Positions 34,966-43,965 of a stretch of DNA of 64,000 nt are shown piece after piece (position 1 is the first letter of the stretch; every line of letters begins with the position of its first letter). A program made the translations under genes and the position numbers. Source of the stretch: Clostridia bacterium (GTDB taxonomy: Bacteria; Bacillota; Clostridia; Oscillospirales; CAG-272); the NCBI GenBank assembly GCA_017464805.1, contig JAFTYE010000010.1:75047-139046 (forward strand), given 5' to 3'. The notes under the pieces were generated by a model. That model saw only the letters and a program-made list of their open reading frames with translations. It did not search any database and was not told where the DNA came from.

Positions 34966-34996
34966 AATAAAAAAGTGCGCAGCCGAGGCTACGCAC
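34966..34996 (-). terminator. Intrinsic terminator forming the expression platform of leader RNA copy B
   Basis: Minus strand: GUGCGUAGCC-UC-GGCUGCGCAC followed by UUUUUUAUU. It ends ~12 nt before the RBS of the RHH gene. Confidence 0.75.
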
Positions 34997-35014
34997 AAAA
35001 AACGAAAGCCCCCG

Positions 35015-35164
35015 TTGCTGCGACACAAACGACTTATTCTGCCCGCCTCGAAGCGAAGTGTTATAAGTGGAGCGTTCATTTTTTACAAAAAGTATAGACT
35101 AAAAGTAAAAAATGATACACTTCACCCACGGCGGGGGAAGAGTCGATATTCGTTTGTGTCGCAA
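35015..35164 (-). ncRNA. Unclassified long-hairpin leader RNA, copy B
   Basis: A ~150-nt imperfect hairpin. The closing helix pairs UUGC-GACACAAACGA with UCGUUUGUGUC-(GCA bulge)-GCAA. Starts at the predicted TSS. Paralogous to 26509-26664. Confidence 0.6.
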
Positions 35165-35168
35165 TGCT

Positions 35169-35197
35169 ATTGTAGCATCTTTTTCAAAAAATGTCAA
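35169..35197 (-). promoter_or_regulatory. Promoter of leader RNA copy B
   Basis: Minus strand: TTGACA (35197-35192), 17 nt, TACAAT (35174-35169), with TGc extension. Confidence 0.65.
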
Positions 35198-35200
35198 GTG

Positions 35201-35236
35201 AAAAATAAAAAGCCCTTTGCCGAGTGGCAAAGGGCT
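35201..35236 (-). terminator. Intrinsic terminator of serS
   Basis: Minus strand: AGCCCTTTGCC-ACTC-GGCAAAGGGCT followed by TTTTATTTTT. Confidence 0.8.
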
Positions 35237-35244
35237 TACTTTTT

Positions 35245-36531
35245 TTACTTCTTCGGCATCATGACCGTCATGCCGCCCATATAGGGGCGCAGGGCCAAGG
35301 GAATCTTCACGCTGCCGTCTGCCTGTAAATTGTTTTCAAGGAACGCAATCAGCATACGGGGCGGAGCCACCACGGTGTTGTTGAGCGTGTGCGCCAGGTA
35401 CTTACCATCCTTTCCATTTACGCGGATACGCAGGCGGCGCGCCTGTGCATCGCCCAGGTTCGAGCAGGAGCCCACCTCAAAGTATTTCTTCTGACGGGGC
35501 GACCATGCCTCCACGTCGCAGGACTTGACCTTCAAATCGGCAAGATCCCCGGAGCAGCATTCCAGCGTGCGAACGGGCACGTCCAGCGAACGGAACAGGT
35601 CAACCGTGTTCTGCCACAGTTTATCGTACCACTTGGGGCTTTCCTCGGGACGGCAGACCACGATCATCTCCTGCTTCTCAAACTGATGGATGCGGTAAAC
35701 GCCGCGCTCCTCGATGCCGTGCGCGCCCTTCTCCTTGCGGAAGCAGGGGGAATAGCTGGTCAGCGTGTAGGGGAGCTTGTCCTCGGGCAGAATCTGGTCA
35801 ATGAATTTACCGATCATCGAGTGCTCGCTCGTTCCGATCAGAAACAGATCCTCGCCCTCGATCTTGTACATCATGGCCTCCATCTCGGCAAAGCTCATAA
35901 CGCCCGTTACCACGTCGGAACGGATCATAAAGGGCGGGATACAGTAGGTAAAGCCGCGTTCGATCATGAAATCACGTGCGTAGGAGATCACAGCAGAATG
36001 CAGGCGTGCGATGTCTCCCATCAGATAGTAGAAGCCGTTGCCTGCCACGCGGCGCGCCGCGTCCAGATCAATGCCGTCAAAACGCTCCATGATATCGGTG
36101 TGGTAGGGAATTTCAAAATCGGGAATGACGGGCTCGCCGAACTTCTCGATCTCCACGTTCTCACTGTCGTCTTTGCCGATCGGAACAGAAGGATCGATGA
36201 TGTTCGGAATGGTCATCATGATCTTTTTAATCTTTTCCTCCAGCTCGGGCTCCATGGCCTCCAGCTCGGCAAGGCGTGCGGCCTGCGCGGCAACCTGCGC
36301 CTTGACGTCCTCGGCCTCCTCGCGCTGGCCCTTTCCCATCAGCATGCCGATCTGCTTGGACAGCTTGTTGCGGTTGGCGCGAAGCGTGTCCGCCTCGGTC
36401 GTCAGCTTGCGACGCTCGGCATCCAGGGCAATGACCTCGTCCACGAGGGGCAACTTATTATCCTGAAATTTGCGGCGGATGTTTTCCCGCACCGCCTCGG
36501 GATTCTCACGAACAAAACGAAGATCTAACAT
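35245..36531 (-). CDS. serS: Serine--tRNA ligase
   Basis: ATG 36531 after GGGAGGAA (MLDLRFVRENPEAVRENIRRKF...). Class II motifs (FRKEKGAHG..., GSCSNLGDAQARR). Confidence 0.95.
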   Translation of the reverse strand: MLDLRFVRENPEAVRENIRRKFQDNKLPLVDEVIALDAERRKLTTEADTLRANRNKLSKQIGMLMGKGQREEAEDVKAQVAAQAARLAELEAMEPELEEKIKKIMMTIPNIIDPSVPIGKDDSENVEIEKFGEPVIPDFEIPYHTDIMERFDGIDLDAARRVAGNGFYYLMGDIARLHSAVISYARDFMIERGFTYCIPPFMIRSDVVTGVMSFAEMEAMMYKIEGEDLFLIGTSEHSMIGKFIDQILPEDKLPYTLTSYSPCFRKEKGAHGIEERGVYRIHQFEKQEMIVVCRPEESPKWYDKLWQNTVDLFRSLDVPVRTLECCSGDLADLKVKSCDVEAWSPRQKKYFEVGSCSNLGDAQARRLRIRVNGKDGKYLAHTLNNTVVAPPRMLIAFLENNLQADGSVKIPLALRPYMGGMTVMMPKK

Positions 36532-36565
36532 GAAAGGATTCCTCCCTAATATAATCACTCTGCTT

Positions 36566-36594
36566 ATTTTATCACAATCTTTTCCAATATACAA
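36566..36594 (-). promoter_or_regulatory. Probable serS promoter
   Basis: Minus strand: TTGTAT (36594-36589), 17 nt, TAAAAT (36571-36566), with TGa extension. The leader is only ~30 nt. Confidence 0.45.
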
Positions 36595-36708
36595 GATTGA
36601 AATCGCTTTTTTGGGGGAAAAATCCGAAAAACCCCTCTTTTTCTTCTCACATTTTTTGAAACTCGCAATAAAATTCAAAAAACTTGAAAATAAAATTATA
36701 TAAATCTC

Positions 36709-36736
36709 TTGACAAAATTAAAAACAGGCGTATAAT
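36709..36736 (+). promoter_or_regulatory. Promoter of the RHH-domain gene / clpB operon
   Basis: TTGACA (36709-36714), 16 nt, TATAAT (36731-36736). AT-rich upstream region with two AATAAAATT direct repeats (36667-36675, 36689-36697). Confidence 0.6.
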
Positions 36737-36740
36737 GAAG

Positions 36741-37409
36741 ATGAAACGAAAACACGGAAGGAAAAGAGCCTTGAAAAATGTTTATTCGCTTATGCTAGAG
36801 GATGACGTGGTGGCGGCGATCGACCGCCTCGCCTATCTGCAAAATACCAACCGCTCGGGGTTGGTTAACCGCATCCTTGCGGAATATGCCTCGGTCGTGA
36901 CCCCCGAGCAACGGATCCGCGAGGCATTCGGCAGGATCACAGCGCTCCTTGACGGGCAGGGGAGCTTCCGGCTCGCGGTCGCGCCCTCGGATACCATGCT
37001 TTCGCTCTCCTCGGCACTTCTCTATAAATATAACCCCACCGTCAAATACAGTGTCGAGCTTTACCGCACCGCCGCGAGTGGCGTCGGAGAGCTTCGCGTG
37101 TCCATGCGTACCCAAAATCGCACGCTCATCGCGTACATGATGCGCTTTTACGAGCTGTGGTCGGGGATCGAGGCATCCTACCTCGGGGACGTGCTCTTCC
37201 GCGCAGAGGATGGCAAGTATGCGCGCCGTCTTCGCCTGAGAAAGGGAAGTGATGCGGCCGACCTCGGCGAGCGGATCGCCGCTTATATCCGCACCTTTGA
37301 CACCGCGCTGAAGGTGTATTTTTCACAGCTGGAGGACGAGCGTGCCGCCACCCGTGAAATGGAACGAATTTTCCGCGCCTATCTGCAAAACGACGGCGCG
37401 ATCCTGTAA
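36741..37409 (+). CDS. RHH-domain protein with uncharacterised ~170-aa C-terminal domain (start uncertain: ATG 36741 or TTG 36774)
   Basis: KNVYSLMLEDDVVAAIDRLAYLQNTNRSGLVNRILAEYA is a CopG-like beta-alpha-alpha. The stop lies 12 nt before clpB. ATG 36741 is only 5 nt from the -10. TTG 36774 follows GGAAGGAAAAGAG. Confidence 0.65.
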   Translation: MKRKHGRKRALKNVYSLMLEDDVVAAIDRLAYLQNTNRSGLVNRILAEYASVVTPEQRIREAFGRITALLDGQGSFRLAVAPSDTMLSLSSALLYKYNPTVKYSVELYRTAASGVGELRVSMRTQNRTLIAYMMRFYELWSGIEASYLGDVLFRAEDGKYARRLRLRKGSDAADLGERIAAYIRTFDTALKVYFSQLEDERAATREMERIFRAYLQNDGAIL

Positions 37410-37421
37410 GGAGGTTCTCTT

Positions 37422-40022
37422 ATGAATTTACAAAAAGCCACACAAAAGACGATAGAAGCCCTGCAAAACGCTCAAACGCTCACCACCTCGCACGGCAACC
37501 AGCAGATGGAACAGGTGCACCTGTTTCTCTCGCTTCTCTCCGCGCCCGACGGCCTTGTTGGCTCGCTCCTCTCCAAAATGGGAATTGCACCCGAGGGGGT
37601 CGCCGCCGAGCTGCGGGGTACCGTTGATAAATTGCCCAAGGTCAGCGGCGGTGGCAGGGAAGCTGATAAGATCTATGTGTCACGCGACCTCGATCTCGCC
37701 CTCGCGGACGCAGAGGCAGAGGCCGCCAAAATGGGGGACGAGTATACCTCGGTCGAGCATCTCTTCCTGGGCCTTCTTTCCCATCCCGACACCACCGTCA
37801 AGGCGATTTTTGAGAGGTTCGGTATCACCTGGGACAAATTCCTCACCGCCTTGCGGGAGGTGCGCGGCAACCGTCGTGTTGAAAGCGATACTCCCGAGGA
37901 TACCTACGACGTGCTGAAAAAGTACGGCCGGGATCTGGTAGAGGCTGCCCGCGCGGGCAAGCTCGACCCCGTGATCGGACGGGACGAGGAGATCCGTAAC
38001 GTCATCCGCATCCTCTCCCGCAAAACCAAAAACAACCCCTGTCTCATCGGTGAACCGGGTGTCGGCAAGACCGCCATCGCCGAGGGGCTTGCCCAGCGTA
38101 TTGTGCGCGGTGATGTGCCCGACAATCTGAAAAACCGTACTCTCTTTTCGCTGGACATGGGCGCGCTCATCGCAGGCGCGAAATTCCGCGGCGAATTTGA
38201 GGAACGCCTAAAAGCCGTGCTCTCCGAGGTGCAGAAGAGCGAAGGGAAGATCATCCTCTTCATCGACGAGTTGCATACCGTTGTGGGCGCGGGCAAGACA
38301 GACGGCGCGATGGATGCGGGTAACCTCTTAAAGCCCCTGCTCGCACGCGGCGAGCTGCATTGTATCGGTGCCACCACCCTCAACGAATACCGCAAGTATA
38401 TCGAAAAAGACGCAGCCCTCGAACGCCGCTTTCAGCCCGTGCTGGTGCCCGAGCCGACCGTAGAGGATACCATTTCCATTCTGCGCGGTCTGAAAAAGAG
38501 ATATGAGGTCTACCATGGCGTAAAGATCCACGACGGCGCGCTGATCGCCGCCGCCACCCTGTCCGATCGCTATATCTCCGATCGCTTTCTTCCCGATAAG
38601 GCCATCGACCTTGTGGACGAGGCCTGCGCCCTCATCAAGACCGAAATGAATTCCATGCCCACGGAGCTGGACGAGATCTCGCGCAAGATCATGCAGCACG
38701 AGATCGAGGAGGCCGCCCTCAAAAAGGAGACCGACAAGCTATCTGTCGAGCATCTGCGCGTCATCCGTGAGGAGCTTGCCAACCTGCGCGCCCGCTTTGA
38801 CGAGATGAAAATGAAGTGGGAGAGCGAGAAGGAGGCCATCGGCAAGGTTCAGAAGCTGCGCGAGGAGATTGAGGCTCTTGGCCACGAGATCGAGCGTGCA
38901 GAGGAGGCCTACGACCTCTCCCGCGCCGCCGAGCTGAAGTTCGGAAAACTGCCGACTCTGCAAAAGGAACTTGCCGCGGAAGAGACAAAAGCCGAAGAAA
39001 ACGTAGGGCAGAGCACCCTTTTGCGTGACAAGGTCAGTGAGGAAGAGATCGCCCGCATCGTGGCACGCTGGACGGGCATTCCCGTTGCCAAGCTCATGGA
39101 AGGCGAGCGCGACAAGCTGCTCCGTCTCGACGAAATTTTGCATCAGCGCGTGGTGGGACAGGACGAGGCGGTTGCCAAGGTTGCCGACGCGATCCTGCGC
39201 TCCCGCGCAGGCATTCGCGATCCCCGTCGTCCCATCGGCTCCTTCCTGTTCCTCGGCCCGACGGGTGTCGGCAAGACCGAGCTTGCCAAGGCCCTGGCCG
39301 AGGCCCTCTTTGACGACGAGCACAATCTCATTCGCATCGACATGAGCGAGTATATGGAAAAGCACGCCGTGTCCCGTCTGATCGGTGCGCCTCCCGGCTA
39401 CGTCGGCTATGATGAGGGTGGTCAGCTTACTGAGGCCGTGCGCCGCAAGCCCTACTCGGTCGTGCTCTTCGACGAGGTAGAAAAGGCGCATCCCGACGTG
39501 TTCAATGTTCTTTTGCAGGTGTTGGACGACGGTCGTATCACCGACAGCCAGGGCCGCACCGTCGACTTCAAAAATACCATCTTGATTTTGACCTCTAACC
39601 TCGGCTCGGACATCATCCTCGAAAGCATCGGCGAGGGCGGCGAGATCCGCCCCGAGGGCAGAGAGGCCGTGACGGCACTGCTTCGCCGCTCCTTCCGCCC
39701 CGAATTTCTCAATCGCCTGGACGAGATCGTGTTCTACCGTCCTCTGACGCAGGAGAACATCCGCGGCATCGTGGAGCTGTTGCTTGCCGATCTGCGCCGC
39801 CGCACGGCGGCCAAGCAGATCGACGTGACCCTGACTGATGCAGCCAAGGATTTCGTCATTCGCTCTGCCTACGATCCTATCTACGGTGCGCGCCCGCTGA
39901 AACGCTTCTTACAAGCAAGGGTAGAAACCCTGCTTGCCCGTCACCTGATCCGCGAGGACGTCGCTCCCGACACCACCCTGACCGTAGATTTTGCAAATGG
40001 TGAATTGGTTATCCGCACCTAA
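37422..40022 (+). CDS. clpB: ATP-dependent chaperone ClpB
   Basis: 866 aa. Clp N-domain, two AAA+ modules ([22 protein letters not shown]) and a long coiled-coil middle domain. Confidence 0.97.
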   Translation: MNLQKATQKTIEALQNAQTLTTSHGNQQMEQVHLFLSLLSAPDGLVGSLLSKMGIAPEGVAAELRGTVDKLPKVSGGGREADKIYVSRDLDLALADAEAEAAKMGDEYTSVEHLFLGLLSHPDTTVKAIFERFGITWDKFLTALREVRGNRRVESDTPEDTYDVLKKYGRDLVEAARAGKLDPVIGRDEEIRNVIRILSRKTKNNPCLIGEPGVGKTAIAEGLAQRIVRGDVPDNLKNRTLFSLDMGALIAGAKFRGEFEERLKAVLSEVQKSEGKIILFIDELHTVVGAGKTDGAMDAGNLLKPLLARGELHCIGATTLNEYRKYIEKDAALERRFQPVLVPEPTVEDTISILRGLKKRYEVYHGVKIHDGALIAAATLSDRYISDRFLPDKAIDLVDEACALIKTEMNSMPTELDEISRKIMQHEIEEAALKKETDKLSVEHLRVIREELANLRARFDEMKMKWESEKEAIGKVQKLREEIEALGHEIERAEEAYDLSRAAELKFGKLPTLQKELAAEETKAEENVGQSTLLRDKVSEEEIARIVARWTGIPVAKLMEGERDKLLRLDEILHQRVVGQDEAVAKVADAILRSRAGIRDPRRPIGSFLFLGPTGVGKTELAKALAEALFDDEHNLIRIDMSEYMEKHAVSRLIGAPPGYVGYDEGGQLTEAVRRKPYSVVLFDEVEKAHPDVFNVLLQVLDDGRITDSQGRTVDFKNTILILTSNLGSDIILESIGEGGEIRPEGREAVTALLRRSFRPEFLNRLDEIVFYRPLTQENIRGIVELLLADLRRRTAAKQIDVTLTDAAKDFVIRSAYDPIYGARPLKRFLQARVETLLARHLIREDVAPDTTLTVDFANGELVIRT

Positions 40023-40028
40023 TCCCCC

Positions 40029-40055
40029 AAGCGCCGACTTTGTCGGCGCTTTTTT
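40029..40055 (+). terminator. Intrinsic terminator of clpB
   Basis: AAGCGCCGAC-TTT-GTCGGCGCTT followed by TTTT. Confidence 0.8.
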
Positions 40056-40139
40056 GTACACAAAGCCTTGAAAGCCGCGCGCGATTATGCTATACTGTAC
40101 TATATAATTCGATTATCTTTTGAAAAAGAGGGAAACATA

Positions 40140-41102
40140 ATGAAAGGTACTGCTTGGTGGGTCGTTCTTGGTATCATTTTGTTGCTTGTTCTCGGATACG
40201 TGATCGCCTGCGTGTTCGTGTTCCGCTTCGCTTTTTTGCGAGATAAAATTTCCAAGCGGGATCGCTTCGACCCGAACCACCCCTCAAAGGATCCGTGGTT
40301 TTCCGTCGTGGCGGACGGCATTGCGTATGCCAAGACACTTCCGCGCGAGGAGGTCAGCATCCGCTCGCGCGACGGGCTCTCCCTGTACGGCATGCTGTTT
40401 GAGCCGAAGGAACAGCCCCGCGCCACCATCATCCTTTTTCACGGCTACCGATCTTTTCCCGAGCATGATTTCGGCGGTATCTTGCAGCATTATTTAGAGG
40501 ACTGTCGCTTCCGTATGCTCCTCATTGACCACCGCGCCCACGGTAAAAGCGAAGGAAAATACATCACCTTCGGCGTCCGCGAAAAGGACGATTGCGTGGA
40601 TTGGGCTCGTTATATCGCCGACCGTTACGGAAGGAAGCTGCCCATCATCCTCGACGGTATGTCCATGGGCGCCACCACGGTCATGATGGCATCGGGAGAG
40701 GATCTGCCCGGAAATACCGTTGGAATTATCGCGGATTGCGGCTATACGACCCCCAATGCGATCCTGCGTAAAGTCGGCCGCGAGATGCGTATGCCCGTGT
40801 GGCTGCTGCTCCCCGGTGTCTACACGCTCTGCGCCCTGCACGGCTTCAACCCCCTTGCAGCAAGCGCGCCCCGCGCCCTTGCAAAAAACAGCCTTCCCAT
40901 TCTGATCGTTCACGGCGAGGCAGACGGCTTCGTGCCGCACGAAATGGGTGTGGAGAACTTTGCCGCCGCAGGCGGGCACAAGAAATTTCTCTCGATTCCC
41001 GATGCCGATCATGGCATGAGCTACTTTGTGGATAAGCCCGCCGTTACCGCCGCTCTGCACGAGCTTTTCGATCTCATTCTGCCGCTGGAGCAGTCCGCAT
41101 GA
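40140..41102 (+). CDS. Membrane-anchored alpha/beta hydrolase
   Basis: ATG 40140 after AGAGGGAA. N-terminal TM helix. Nucleophile elbow GMSMGA. HGEADGFVPH and the DH pair near the C-terminus. Confidence 0.8.
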   Translation: MKGTAWWVVLGIILLLVLGYVIACVFVFRFAFLRDKISKRDRFDPNHPSKDPWFSVVADGIAYAKTLPREEVSIRSRDGLSLYGMLFEPKEQPRATIILFHGYRSFPEHDFGGILQHYLEDCRFRMLLIDHRAHGKSEGKYITFGVREKDDCVDWARYIADRYGRKLPIILDGMSMGATTVMMASGEDLPGNTVGIIADCGYTTPNAILRKVGREMRMPVWLLLPGVYTLCALHGFNPLAASAPRALAKNSLPILIVHGEADGFVPHEMGVENFAAAGGHKKFLSIPDADHGMSYFVDKPAVTAALHELFDLILPLEQSA

Positions 41103-41977
41103 GGTGGATCATCCCGCCCGAGGCCGACGGACAGACGGTGAAGGACTTTCTGCGCGATCTTACCGTTTCCGCCCGTACTTTGCGGTATTTGAAGGACAAG
41201 GAAAACGGCATCACCCAAAACGGCAAAGCCGTGACGGTGCGTGCTGTTCTGCGTGCAGGGGACGAGCTTTCGCTTTCGTTCGAGGACACACCCTGTCCGC
41301 CATCTCTGCCGTCGGACCTTCCCTCCGATCTCGTTTTGTACGAGGATGAGCATATCCTTGTTCTGAACAAGCCCGCCGGTATGCCCACCCATCCCTCGAT
41401 GGGGCATCGCGGGGACACACTTTCCGACCTTGTCCTTGCCATGGACGGCGCACCTGTCGTCTTTCGCGCCGTGAACCGCCTGGATCGCGGTACAAGCGGC
41501 GTGTTGCTGGTTGCACGTAACCGCTATGCCGCAGGACATCTCTCCCGTGAGATGGCAGAGGGGCGCATCCGTAAGGAATACCTCGCCGTAGTCGAACGTC
41601 CGATCTCCCCCACCGCCGGAACGATGCAGGACGGCATCGCGCGCGAGGAGGGAAGTATTATCCGTCGTGTGGCTTGTCCCGCCGGAGTAGGGGACTATGC
41701 CGAAACGGATTACGAAACGGTGTATACCGCGCAGGGCGGTCTGACCCTTGTGCGCCTCTTTCCCAAAACCGGCCGCACGCACCAGCTGCGCGTCCAGCTT
41801 GCCTCTCGCGGCTATCCCATTGTGGGGGATGACCTGTACGGCGGCGCACCCATTCTTGCGCGCCAGGCACTTCATGCCGCCGCGCTGTCCTTTTGCCATC
41901 CGAACGGGCATGAAGTAACTGCAAAATGCGATCTGCCGAAGGATATGTCCAGAATTTTTGATAAGGAGTCGCTATGA
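41099..41977 (+). CDS. RluA-family pseudouridine synthase (S4 domain plus catalytic domain)
   Basis: 292 aa. HRLDRGTSG-type motif (NRLDRGTSGVLLVA) and TGRTHQLRVQLA. Confidence 0.9.
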   Translation: MRWIIPPEADGQTVKDFLRDLTVSARTLRYLKDKENGITQNGKAVTVRAVLRAGDELSLSFEDTPCPPSLPSDLPSDLVLYEDEHILVLNKPAGMPTHPSMGHRGDTLSDLVLAMDGAPVVFRAVNRLDRGTSGVLLVARNRYAAGHLSREMAEGRIRKEYLAVVERPISPTAGTMQDGIAREEGSIIRRVACPAGVGDYAETDYETVYTAQGGLTLVRLFPKTGRTHQLRVQLASRGYPIVGDDLYGGAPILARQALHAAALSFCHPNGHEVTAKCDLPKDMSRIFDKESL

Positions 41978-43149
41978 TAGAAGAAACCAAAGCGAAAAGC
42001 ACTCTCGAAAAAGAAGAAAAAGCTCCTTCCGCTGTCGGTCGGTTTTTCGGCCGCTTGTCGGATGGTATCTACGCCGTTGTTCCCGCCCCTTGCTACGTTT
42101 TGTTTTTGATCGGCCTGCTGGCAGCCATCGTCCATGTTGCCGCCTGTGTCTTACCGGGCTTTGCCGATACCTTTAACCAAACGGTCGGCGCGGTCGTTCG
42201 CCTCGTCCTTGCGAAGGTAACCGACGTCTTCCCCTTTTCCTTGGCGGAAACGCTGCTGCTCTCCCTGCCTGTGATCCTTGCGCTTCTTATCTGGTCGGGA
42301 GTGCGCCGCTCCTCGGACAAGCGGCGATTCTGGCGATTTTTCGTGGCCCTGCTGGCTGTGCTTGTTCTCTTTTACTCGCTCTTTGTCTTTACGATCGGCT
42401 GTGCTTATCGGGGTGCTACGCTGGATAAGAAAATGGGCATCACCCGCATGGATATCACCTATTCCGAGCTTTATTCCACGGCAGAGCATATGTTGCAAAA
42501 CACAAACGAGGCGGCCGAAAACGTTCTGCAAAAGGACGCGGAGAGTGCCACGTATATGGGACACACGATCGCCGAGATGAACGAGCTGCTGTTGGATGCC
42601 TACGACACTGTGTGTGCGGAATACTCCTTTATCCAAAATATCCGCACGCGTGTGAAGCCCGTGGCCGCCTCCCTCCTCATGTCCTATACCCACATCACGG
42701 GTGTGTATACCTATATGACGGGGGAAGCGAATATCAACATTGATTTTCCCGATTATACTATCCCCTATACCGCCGCCCACGAGCTGGCTCATCAGCGCGG
42801 CATCGCCCGCGAGGACGAGGCGAATTTCGTTGCCTACCTCGTTTGCATTGCCTCGGAGGATGACTATATCCGTTACAGCGGATATATGAACATGTTCGAA
42901 TATCTGGCAAACGCCTTGTATTCGGCCAGCCCCGAAGGATATGCGGAGCTGATGAAGCAGGCCTCCCCCAAGGTGAAGGCCGAGTTGCGCGCATACAGCG
43001 AGTTTTATGATCAGTACCGTGATTCGGTCGCGGGCTCGATCAGCGGCACGATCAACGATGCCTATCTGCAAATGCAGGGAACCCCCGGCACCCGTAGCTA
43101 CGGTATGGTCGTGGACCTGGCCGTCGCCTACTATCGTTACCGCATATAA
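41974..43149 (+). CDS. DUF3810-family membrane protein with HExxH metallopeptidase-like motif
   Basis: 391 aa. N-terminal TM helices. AAHELAHQRGIAREDEANF. Confidence 0.75.
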   Translation: MIEETKAKSTLEKEEKAPSAVGRFFGRLSDGIYAVVPAPCYVLFLIGLLAAIVHVAACVLPGFADTFNQTVGAVVRLVLAKVTDVFPFSLAETLLLSLPVILALLIWSGVRRSSDKRRFWRFFVALLAVLVLFYSLFVFTIGCAYRGATLDKKMGITRMDITYSELYSTAEHMLQNTNEAAENVLQKDAESATYMGHTIAEMNELLLDAYDTVCAEYSFIQNIRTRVKPVAASLLMSYTHITGVYTYMTGEANINIDFPDYTIPYTAAHELAHQRGIAREDEANFVAYLVCIASEDDYIRYSGYMNMFEYLANALYSASPEGYAELMKQASPKVKAELRAYSEFYDQYRDSVAGSISGTINDAYLQMQGTPGTRSYGMVVDLAVAYYRYRI

Positions 43150-43161
43150 AGGGAAAATGTC

Positions 43162-43854
43162 ATGACGGAATGCACCTCGATACAGGCTCGCTTACTTTCT
43201 TTGCAGGATCGCGATTACCGTACCTTTCAGTGCCGCCTGATGCCTACCGTGGATCCATCGAGCGTGATCGGTGTCCGCACGCCCGCTTTGCGAAAAATGG
43301 CCGCGGAATTGGCAGGCACAAAAGAGGCGGAAGCCTTCTTGTCCGATCTGCCTCATCGGTACTATGAGGCAAATAATCTTCACGCCTTTCTTGTGGAGAA
43401 GATACGGGACGTGGAGGAGTGCCTTGCCGCGCTCGACACCTTTCTTCCGTATGTGAATAACTGGGCGACCTGCGATTCCATGTCCCCGCCCGTCCTGAAA
43501 AAATATCCGAAAAGGCTACTTTCCGCCATCCGATGTTGGATGGAAGCACCCCACGTGTATACGGTCCGCTTTGGCATCGGGATGCTGATGCGCCATTTTC
43601 TGGACGACCGCTTCGACCCTGCGTATTCGGCGCGAGTGGCGACAGTCCCCACCGACGAATATTACCTTCACATGATGGTTTCGTGGTATTTTGCCACCGC
43701 ACTCGCCAAGCAGTACGATGCCACCCTGCCGTATTTTACGGAATATCGCCTGCCAAGACATACCCACAATCGTGCCATCTCCAAGGCTATCGAAAGCTAT
43801 CGTGTTCCGCAGGGGCATAAGGATTTTTTGAAAACACTGCGTATAAAAAGGTAG
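43162..43854 (+). CDS. DNA alkylation repair protein (AlkD-like HEAT-repeat family)
   Basis: 230 aa. YRTFQCRLMPT...IGVRTPALRKMA...WATCD are typical of the family. Confidence 0.8.
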   Translation: MTECTSIQARLLSLQDRDYRTFQCRLMPTVDPSSVIGVRTPALRKMAAELAGTKEAEAFLSDLPHRYYEANNLHAFLVEKIRDVEECLAALDTFLPYVNNWATCDSMSPPVLKKYPKRLLSAIRCWMEAPHVYTVRFGIGMLMRHFLDDRFDPAYSARVATVPTDEYYLHMMVSWYFATALAKQYDATLPYFTEYRLPRHTHNRAISKAIESYRVPQGHKDFLKTLRIKR

Positions 43855-43889
43855 AAAGGACCGCCTTGGGCAACCAAGGCGGTCCTTTC
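43854..43889 (+). terminator. Strong hairpin after the AlkD-like gene (terminator-like, weak T tail)
   Basis: GAAAGGACCGCCTTGG-GCAA-CCAAGGCGGTCCTTTC (16 bp). Confidence 0.5.
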
Positions 43890-43965
43890 CGTAACCGTAC
43901 CGCCCCCCTCTGCGTATACTGGCAGAGAAAGGGACAGCGGCAGATACCTGCCGCGCGGATTTTTT

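Noticed and set aside
36532-36700. An expected Ser T-box leader upstream of serS.
   Set aside because: The probable promoter lies ~30 nt from the start codon. The whole intergenic region is ~200 nt of AT-rich DNA with no T-box sequence (GGUGGUACCGCG-type), no Stem I and no terminator.
36532-36780. CIRCE or CtsR operators in front of the clpB operon.
   Set aside because: There is no TTAGCACTC-N9-GAGTGCTAA and no tandem (A/G)GTCAAA heptads. Only TTCAA-N5-TTGAA and AATAAAATT repeats are present, and these are noted under the RHH-clpB finding.
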